A stretch of DNA of 9,259 nucleotides from sequence record OY723373.1. One strand, written 5' to 3'. The notes under the pieces were generated by a model, which saw only the letters and a program-made list of their open reading frames with translations, did not search any database and was not told the origin of the DNA. The position numbers and the translations under genes were made by a program. The stretch's first letter is position 1, and each line of letters starts with the position of its first letter. Below, in pieces: positions 1 through 6,565 of this stretch.

Positions 1-76
1 GGAATGTCCCTCCGTGCATCCTGGGCTACCGAGAGGCCTACGGGGAGTATCCCCATATCCTCTGAGAGCCATTATG
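1..76 (+). repeat. Conserved 99-nt element E, copy truncated at the window start (lacks its first 23 nt)
   Basis: Identical to 4327-4402. The missing first 23 nt (acctgaggagatcacctccacag) are the last 23 nt of the window. Confidence 0.9.
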
Positions 77-476
77 ACCATTACGAGCATCCCGGAGAGC
101 ATATCTGAGGACCTGAAATCCATGGTTTTGGGGTCTAAAATGATGATTTTAGAGGTCTCAAAATGATGGATTTGGGGTCTGGAATCATGAGATCCGGGGT
201 CTGGAGATGCCATGGGTATGGGATCCAGGGATGCAGGGATCCGGAGACCATGAGGGCATGCAGACCATATGCACTACATACCATGGGGTGTGTAGTAGGG
301 ATACAGACCACTATGGATACCATCACCATTAGATACATACTATGAGACCATATGCTGTGGGTATCGGATTAGGGGTCTGGGGATGTGCAGATCTGGAGAC
401 CATGAGCGGATCCGGAGACCATCAGATCATGAGATCCGGGGGTCTGGAGATGCTCGCGATGTATCTGAGGACCTGT

Positions 477-512
477 GCAGATAGGTATGCGGATAGGTAT
501 GCAGATAGGTAT
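477..512. repeat. 12-bp minisatellite (gcagataggtat), 3 copies
   Basis: Units at 477-488, 489-500 (variant gcggataggtat) and 501-512, read directly. Followed by degenerate related words (aggtactgagga, cagagga) to about 660. Confidence 0.95.
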
Positions 513-914
513 AGGCATTAGGTACTGAGGACTCGCAGAGAGGTACTGAGGACATGCACAGAGGACATGGCACAGAGGATACGGGCATACAGACCATGCA
601 GATAGGTACTAGGGACTCGCAGACCATAGGTATTAGGTATCTGAGGACACGGATGCCATGATCTGAGGACCCAAGACCTCCAGAAATGGGGTATCTGAGG
701 TATCCCGAGACCTCCCAAAATGGGTGTTTTGGACCCTAAATCACTCGTTTTGGGACCCTTTCTGGGTGCTCCCAGACCCCTCCCCAATGCCATCCCTAAG
801 GTGCTCCTAAGGGATTCGGGCCCGTACCCCTCAGATAGGGTATCCCAGAGGGTGTCGGATTGGGGGTCTGGAGGTGCTCGGAACCCCTAAATTGTGTGCC
901 CTTAGTGTATAGTA

Positions 915-933
915 ACACACGCGCGCGCGCGCG
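915..933. repeat. Alternating purine-pyrimidine tract (ac)3(gc)6g, 19 nt
   Basis: acacacgcgcgcgcgcgcg read directly. Strictly alternating R-Y over 19 nt. Confidence 0.95.
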
Positions 934-1359
934 AAGGGCGGATCCGAGTCAGACAGAAAACGAATGCATCATTTTGGACCCTTTTGGAGACATTAGGGGT
1001 CTTAATGTGCACATTTGCGACCCCAAAAGGCCCAAAAGTGCCTAAAATGGGTCATTTTATGCCCTTTTCGGATGCACACAATGGGAATGCCATCGCCGGA
1101 GACCATATTCCTTACAGTGACCTTAGGAATATGAGTACGCGAAATCGGGGCAATTATGCCATTTACGGGTACCCCTAAAATGAGCACTTTTGGACCCCTT
1201 TTGGCACCCCTTGGAGTCCTTAGTGTACTGGTGGCATGTGCATATCCCCTGATGCCTCTTTATCGAGGGAATGGGGATACCTGCATACCATACAGTATCT
1301 GTGTTACTAGTGGGTATCGGCACACCTCCCAAAACATGTCATTTCGTGACATGATCTAG

Positions 1360-1775
1360 TCGAGATGAGCGAATCCACTACTATTGCATATCATGGCATA
1401 ATGAGCTATACAGAGTACTACAGGTATTGGGGGTATCCCTAATGGCAGCATATGCCCCATTAGAGGTATACACCATATCCCCTAGTATCCCTTACAGCAC
1501 ATACCATGGATAGGTACTCATTAGTAGTATAGAATGTGTATGTCATGACACCAAAACACATGTTTCGAGACATCTGAACACATGGTTTGCACGTATGATC
1601 ATATACAGTATCTAGTGATATACAGGATACTAGTAGTATGCACGGATGGTATGAGGGGTACGGGATACCCCTACATCATAGCCTAACAGCATACACTACG
1701 AGTACTATGTATACCATGGATACTACATGTATACTACTACGGGTAGGTACTCATGAGCAGTATCATCATGTAAAT
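1360..1775. repeat. Degenerate subrepeat-related sequence at the start of the AT-richer domain
   Basis: Same word content (gtac, catg, tatac, ggtat). Contains a head-like segment, gtcatgacaccaaaacacatgtttcgagacatctgaacacatgg, at about 1535-1590. Copy boundaries are not resolvable by eye. Confidence 0.5.
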
Positions 1776-1981
1776 GCATGCATTTGATGACATGAAGTAC
1801 TCATTATGAGTAGGTATACACATCTAATACCACTAGTACAACAGCATACACACCATTAGTACCATGTATCCTATGGTATACAGTACATGGGGAGTATAGG
1901 TACCATTACACCATGCAGAGGTGTATGGAGTACTATATGGTATATAGGGAGTATCCAGTAGACACCAGATATCATGTAATG
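1776..1981 (+). repeat. SR subrepeat copy A1 (206 bp), head motif gcatgcatttgatgacatgaa
   Basis: The head motif recurs at 1776, 1982, 2369, 2995, 3224 and 3417. 1797-2011 is 100% identical to 3039-3253. Confidence 0.9.
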
Positions 1982-2368
1982 GCATGCATTTGATGACATG
2001 AAACACATGATGCGATGTACTCATTAACAGTATGCATACACACTAAGTACTCAGTATACACCATTACTAGTACTATGTACAGTATAGGGGATACCTGCAG
2101 TATATACCCCATGTACCAGTGGACCCCATATCCCTCAAGGGAACTGGAAGAAGGTCCAACTTGCAGAGCATGTGGTGTCTACATGTACTCATTAGTAGTA
2201 TGCATACACATCTAATACCTCTAGTACTACACCATGTACACCATTAGTACCATGTATACAGTAGTATACAGTACATGGGGCATACAGGTACATACCACCA
2301 TTACAGAGGTGTATGGAGTACTATATGTATCTATGAGGGTATCCAGTAACACCATATATCATGGTATT
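1982..2368 (+). repeat. SR subrepeat copy A2 (387 bp), interrupted by a unit-A-specific 173-bp segment
   Basis: Head at 1982. The body 2185-2368 aligns, at moderate identity by eye, to 6391-6565 of unit B. 2012-2184 has no counterpart in unit B. Confidence 0.85.
2012..2184. other. Unit-A-specific segment (173 bp) within the variable region
   Basis: Replaced in unit B by 13 nt (ttgatgacatgaa, 6378-6390). Its first bases lie in, and its 3-prime end abuts, two similar 34-nt direct repeats (2017-2050 and 2185-2218, gtactcatta..agtatgcatacaca..taa.tac). Confidence 0.85.
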
Positions 2369-2613
2369 GCATGCATTTGATGACATGAAAACACATGATT
2401 TGATGTACTCAGATTACATGATTATGGTGATATCCAGTACATCACCAGATCCCTTAGAGACCATGGGGATCACTACATATGCTATAAGGAGTACACATGC
2501 TCTGCATGGTACCTATATCATAGGGTAGGGGATATGCCCACGATACCTATGGAGACCACATCCTCTAGATACATGGTATGTGCACAGAGGATGGTGACAT
2601 GGTATGAGGTCCC
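2369..2613 (+). repeat. SR head fused to tail segment T, copy 1 of unit A
   Basis: 2369-2613 matches 3417-3661 at offset 1048, with 4 mismatches seen (g/c, c/t, a/c, t/a). Confidence 0.92.
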
Positions 2614-2830
2614 CAAAAGGGTCCAAATACATGATTTGGGGTGTCTAAAATGACCACTTTTGGCACCTTTCTGGAGGACCCAAAACGGGTGATTCAATCC
2701 CCCAAAAGGGGTCCGCAAATCAAGCCCAGAAATGGTCATAAAAAGGGCTCGTGGGGGTACCCCCATGAGCACTTTTAGGACCCTAAAATGGGTGTTTTGG
2801 ACCCCTAAAATGGTGTATTTAGACCCTTTC
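2611..2830. repeat. Island of phased A/T tracts and dyad motifs inside the AT-richer domain
   Basis: A3-5 or T3-4 tracts start at 2615, 2625, 2635, 2647, 2658, 2668, 2682, 2704, 2717, 2730, 2740, 2773, 2785, 2795, 2807, 2818 and 2827. Most spacings are 9-14 bp or multiples of about 11. Confidence 0.8.
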
Positions 2831-2849
2831 GGAGGGGTACAGGCAACGA

Positions 2850-2994
2850 GTACTACTAGATACATACCAGCAGACCATGTATCCTATGGTATATAGGACA
2901 TGGGGGCTACGGGTACCATTACACCATTACGGGAGTATATGGAGTACTATGAGTATCTAGAGGAGTCCCTGTAACACCAGATATCATGGTATTG
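2850..2994 (+). repeat. Partial SR subrepeat (3-prime part only)
   Basis: accatgtatcctatggtata..gggtaccattacacca..tatggagtactat..caccagatatcatggtattg parallels the 3-prime two thirds of copies A1 and A4. Confidence 0.75.
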
Positions 2995-3223
2995 GCATGC
3001 ATTTGATGACATGAAAACACATGATTTGATGACATGAAGTACTCATTATGAGTAGGTATACACATCTAATACCACTAGTACAACAGCATACACACCATTA
3101 GTACCATGTATCCTATGGTATACAGTACATGGGGAGTATAGGTACCATTACACCATGCAGAGGTGTATGGAGTACTATATGGTATATAGGGAGTATCCAG
3201 TAGACACCAGATATCATGTAATG
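2995..3223 (+). repeat. SR subrepeat copy A4 (229 bp)
   Basis: The head carries an internal 23-bp duplication (atttgatgacatgaa aacacatg atttgatgacatgaa). The body is identical to copy A1. Confidence 0.9.
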
Positions 3224-3416
3224 GCATGCATTTGATGACATGAAACACATGATCTGATGATATGAAGTACTCGATATGTACTCATTATGGTACCCACTAA
3301 CACTAGTACTACAGCATATCCGTACAAGGGGAACCATAAGGATCCGCCCTTGCAGGTATTCGGGTACTATATGATATATAGAGGGTATCCAGTAGACCAC
3401 CAGATATCATGATATT
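3224..3416 (+). repeat. SR subrepeat copy A5 (193 bp), diverged in the middle
   Basis: Head at 3224 and tail ccagtagaccaccagatatcatgatatt are conserved. The centre (ccgtacaaggggaaccataaggatccgccc) is divergent. Confidence 0.8.
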
Positions 3417-3661
3417 GCATGCATTTGATGACATGAAAACACATGATTTGATGTACTCAGATTACATGATTATGGTGATATCCAGTACATCACCAGATCC
3501 CTTAGACACCATGGGGATCACTACATATGCTATAAGGAGTATACATGCTCTGCATGGTACCTATATCATAGGGTAGGGGATATGCCCACGATACCTATGG
3601 AGACCACATCCTCTAGATACATGGTATGTGCACAGAGGATGGTGCCATGGTATGAGGACCC
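3417..3661 (+). repeat. SR head fused to tail segment T, copy 2 of unit A
   Basis: Matches 2369-2613 (see above). Weaker similarity continues to about 3700 vs about 2650. Confidence 0.92.
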
Positions 3662-3752
3662 CAAATGGGTCGAAATACATGTTTTAGGGGTCCCAAAACA
3701 TGTGTTGCGAGTAGGTATCGGCACGGGATTAGCACATCTAGGGCATTATGGA

Positions 3753-3851
3753 ACCTGAGGAGATCACCTCCACAGGGAATGTCCCTCCGTGCATCCTGGG
3801 CTACCGAGAGGCCTACATGCAGTACCCCATATCCTCTAAGAGACCATTATG
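3753..3851 (+). repeat. Conserved 99-nt element E, paralog e1 of unit A
   Basis: 3753-3816 (64 nt, acctgaggagatcacc...gagaggcctac) is identical to 4304-4367. The next 35 nt are similar (shared ccccatatcctct and cattatg). The flanks are much more diverged. Confidence 0.9.
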
Positions 3852-3878
3852 GAGGGTATTGGACAGGGCCCGAAACCC

Positions 3879-3970
3879 CCAAAATGAGTGATTTGGGGTG
3901 CTCAAAACCATCGATTTTGGTGGTTTTGGCATGCAAAAAGGGTCGAAAACACCACTTTTAGCCCCTTTTG
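3879..3970. repeat. Block of helically phased A/T tracts
   Basis: Tract starts at 3881(A), 3892(T), 3904(A), 3915(T), 3924(T), 3935(A), 3946(A), 3956(T) and 3966(T). Spacings are 11, 12, 11, 9, 11, 11, 10, 10. Confidence 0.9.
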
Positions 3971-4303
3971 CACATGGGAACACCACCCCATATACTAAGG
4001 GGGATCCTTCGAGGGATACAGAACCCCCGAAACCCCTTAAAGATGGTGTGCGAGTACTCATGCATGTACCCTTTTAGCACCCTTTCTGACCCCCTTTCAG
4101 ACCCCCTAAATGGTGCCATTCCTCGAAGGATGGCCCTTAAGGGGTGCCGGGAAGGGTACCTAAAGAGGTCCCAAAAGTGACCATTTTAGGGGGTCCCAAA
4201 ACGTGTTGCAAAGGGGTACCCCTTTGGTCACCAAAAGTGATGATTTTGGGGACACCAAATGGGTCGGAATGGGTACCTAATGACAGGATATGGCATACGG
4301 GAT

Positions 4304-4402
4304 ACCTGAGGAGATCACCTCCACAGGGAATGTCCCTCCGTGCATCCTGGGCTACCGAGAGGCCTACGGGGAGTATCCCCATATCCTCTGAGAGCCATTA
4401 TG
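4304..4402 (+). repeat. Conserved 99-nt element E, paralog e2, spanning the unit A/B junction
   Basis: The 64-nt core is identical to 3753-3816 and 8686-8749. The unit boundary as defined here falls inside this element. Confidence 0.9.
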
Positions 4403-4803
4403 ACCATTACGAGCATCCCGGAGAGCATATCTGAGGACCTGAAATCCATGGTTTTGGGGTCTAAAATGATGATTTTAGAGGTCTCAAAATGATGGATTTG
4501 GGGTCTGGAATCATGAGATCCGGGGGTCTGGAGATGCCATGGGTATGGGATCCAGGGATGCAGGGATCCGGAGACCATGAGGGCATGCAGACCATATGCA
4601 CTACATACCATGGGGTGTGTAGTAGGGATACAGACCACTATGGATACCATCACCATTAGATACATACTATGAGACCATATGCTGTGGGTGTCGGATTGGG
4701 GGTCTGGGGATGTGCAGATCTGGAGACCATGAGCGGATCCGGAGACCATCAGATCATGAGATCCGGGGGTCTGGAGATGCTCGCGATGTATCTGAGGACC
4801 TGT

Positions 4804-4875
4804 GCAGATAGGTATGCAGATAGGTATGCAGATAGGTATGCAGATAGGTATGCAGATAGGTATGCAGATAGGTAT
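4804..4875. repeat. 12-bp minisatellite (gcagataggtat), 6 perfect copies
   Basis: Six perfect units starting at 4804, 4816, 4828, 4840, 4852 and 4864. This produces the (IPIC)n / (ADRY)n peptides in the ORF track. Confidence 0.97.
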
Positions 4876-5279
4876 AGGCATTAGGTACTGAGGACTCGCA
4901 GAGAGGTACTGAGGACATGCACAGAGGACATGGCACAGAGGATACGGGCATACAGACCATGCAGATAGGTACTAGGGACTCGCAGACCATAGGTATTAGG
5001 TATCTGAGGACACGGATGCCATGATCTGAGGACCCCAAGACCTCCAGAAATGGGGTATCTGAGGTATCCCGAGACCTCCCAAAATGGGTGTTTTGGACCC
5101 TAAATCACTCGTTTTGGGACCCTTTCTGGGTGCTCCCAGACCCCTCCCCAATGCCATCCCTAAGGTGCTCCTAAGGGATTCGGGCCCGTACCCCCTCAGA
5201 TAGGGTATCCCAGAGGGTGTCGGATTGGGGGTCTGGAGGTGCTCGGAACCCCTAAATTGTGTGCCCTTAGTGTATAGTA

Positions 5280-5298
5280 ACACACGCGCGCGCGCGCG
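5280..5298. repeat. Alternating purine-pyrimidine tract (ac)3(gc)6g, 19 nt, unit B copy
   Basis: Identical to 915-933 at offset 4365. Confidence 0.95.
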
Positions 5299-6140
5299 AA
5301 GGGCGGATCCGAGTCAGACAGAAAACGAATGCATCATTTTGGACCCTTTTGGAGACATTAGGGGTCTTAATGTGCACATTTGCGACCCCAAAAGGCCCAA
5401 AAGTGCCTAAAATGGGTCATTTTATGCCCTTTTCGGATGCACACAATGGGAATGCCATCGCCGGAGACCATATTCCTTACAGTGACCTTAGGAATATGAG
5501 TACGCGAAATCGGGGCAATTATGCCATTTACGGGTACCCCTAAAATGAGCACTTTTGGACCCCTTTTGGCACCCCTTGGAGTCCTTAGTGTACTGGTGGC
5601 ATGTGCATATCCCCTGATGCCTCTTTATCGAGGGAATGGGGATACCTGCATACCATACAGTATCTGTGTTACTAGTGGGTATCGGCACACCTCCCAAAAC
5701 ATGTCATTTCGTGACATGATCTAGTCGAGATGAGCGAATCCACTACTATTGCATATCATGGCATAATGAGCTATACAGAGTACTACAGGTATTGGGGGTA
5801 TCCCTAATGGCAGCATATGCCCCATTAGAGGTATACACCATATCCCCTAGTATCCCTTACAGCACATACCATGGATAGGTACTCATTAGTAGTATAGAAT
5901 GTGTATGTCATGACACCAAAACACATGTTTCGAGACATCTGAACACATGGTTTGCACGTATGATCATATACAGTATCTAGTGATATACAGGATACTAGTA
6001 GTATGCACGGATGGTATGAGGGGTACGGGATACCCCTACATCATAGCCTAACAGCATACACTACGAGTACTATGTATACCATGGATACTACATGTATACT
6101 ACTACGGGTAGGTACTCATGAGCAGTATCATCATGTAAAT

Positions 6141-6347
6141 GCATGCATTTGATGACATGAATGTATACATCATGAGTAGGTATACACATCTAATACCACT
6201 AGTACAACAGCATACACACCATTAGTACCATGTATCCTATGGTATACAGTACATGGGGAGTATAGGTACCATTACACCATGCAGAGGTGTATGGAGTACT
6301 ATATGGTATATAGGGAGTATCCAGTAGTCACCAGATATCATGATATT
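6141..6347 (+). repeat. SR subrepeat copy B1 (207 bp)
   Basis: Head at 6141. Differs from A1 at the 9/10-nt replacement (6162-6171) and in its 3-prime end (agtagtcacc, catgatattg), which resembles the A5/B5-type end. Confidence 0.88.
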
Positions 6348-6565
6348 GCATGCATTTGATGACATGAAACACATGATTTGATGACATGAAGTACTCATTA
6401 TGAGTAGGTATACGCATCTAATACCAGTAGTACTACACCATACACACCATTAGTACCATGTATCCTATGGTATACAGTACATGGGGAGTACGGGTACCAT
6501 ACCACCATTGCAGAGGTGTATGGAGTACTATGAGTATCTAGAGAGTACTAGTAGTATCATGTATT
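6348..6565 (+). repeat. SR subrepeat copy B2 (about 218 bp)
   Basis: Head at 6348 with the duplicated A4-type head. The body aligns to 2185-2368 with scattered mismatches. The next head (from 6566) is degenerate: gatacatctaatgacatgaa. Confidence 0.8.

Larger units (their letters stand above)
1..4326. repeat. Macro-repeat unit A (4326 bp), first of two head-to-tail copies
   Basis: Manual alignment: 1-1796 matches 4327-6161 with 2 substitutions, three 1-nt homopolymer indels and a minisatellite copy-number change. 2441-4326 matches 7375-9259 with 5 substitutions and one 1-nt indel. Identical ORF-track peptides recur at fixed offsets (860..1045=5225..5410; 2518..2865=7452..7799; 3665..3961=8598..8894). 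Confidence 0.97.

Noticed and set aside
771-796. C-run cluster cccagacccctccccaatgccatccc (G-quadruplex motif on the minus strand); twin at about 5136-5161
   Set aside because: Only four runs are present, with one 8-nt loop outside the usual 1-7 nt rule. It is a single occurrence per unit and too marginal to call without a predictor.
2689-2705. tRNA T-arm-like gggtgattcaatccccc
   Set aside because: The stem has a mismatch and the loop is off-register from TTCRANY. No acceptor, D or anticodon arms can be placed at the correct distances.
2518-2865. Duplicated 115-aa ORF (2518..2865 and 7452..7799, minus strand), and other ORF pairs identical between units
   Set aside because: The identity reflects the roughly 99.8% DNA identity of the units, not selection. 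The ORFs lie in A/T-tract repeat sequence, overlap plus-strand ORFs (for example 7222..7587), and have no family resemblance or convincing start context.
3254-3260. CUGAUGA hammerhead-ribozyme core word
   Set aside because: There is no downstream GAAA box or stems II/III that can be formed. It is an isolated heptamer in a repeat rich in tga/atg words.
1776-3478. Regularly spaced conserved motif (gcatgcatttgatgacatgaa every 190-390 bp) as a possible CRISPR-like array
   Set aside because: The intervening 'spacers' are themselves homologous to each other, the repeat period is far too long, and there is no leader or cas genes. This is a satellite-type subrepeat.
3762-3771. gatcacctcc, resembling the 3-prime end (anti-Shine-Dalgarno region) of 16S rRNA; also at 4313-4322
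   Set aside because: It is only a 10-mer. No other 16S sequence surrounds it, so it is coincidental.
3774-3830. Weak resemblance of element E to the 5S rRNA 3-prime part and start (cctggg.taccg.g, gcctacgg) and to the U1 snRNA 5-prime region (tacctg..gagat..atcac)
   Set aside because: The matches are short and scattered with no collinear alignment, and the expected internal control boxes or helices are missing. An Rfam scan would settle it, but I would not call it.
734-4191. Telomere-like heptamers: CCCTAAA at 734, 885, 1173, 2781, 2803 and 4104; TTTAGGG at 3683 and 4185
   Set aside because: All are isolated single units, in both orientations, embedded in the A/T-tract motif. They are never tandem, so this is not a telomeric or interstitial telomeric array.
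4315-4881. Longest ORF in the window (188 aa, minus strand), with an (IPIC)n N-terminus
   Set aside because: The repeat part is the translated 12-bp minisatellite. The matching stretch of unit A holds only the 67-aa ORF 135..338, because a 1-nt G-run indel breaks the frame. A plus-strand ORF overlaps it, and it has no recognisable domain.
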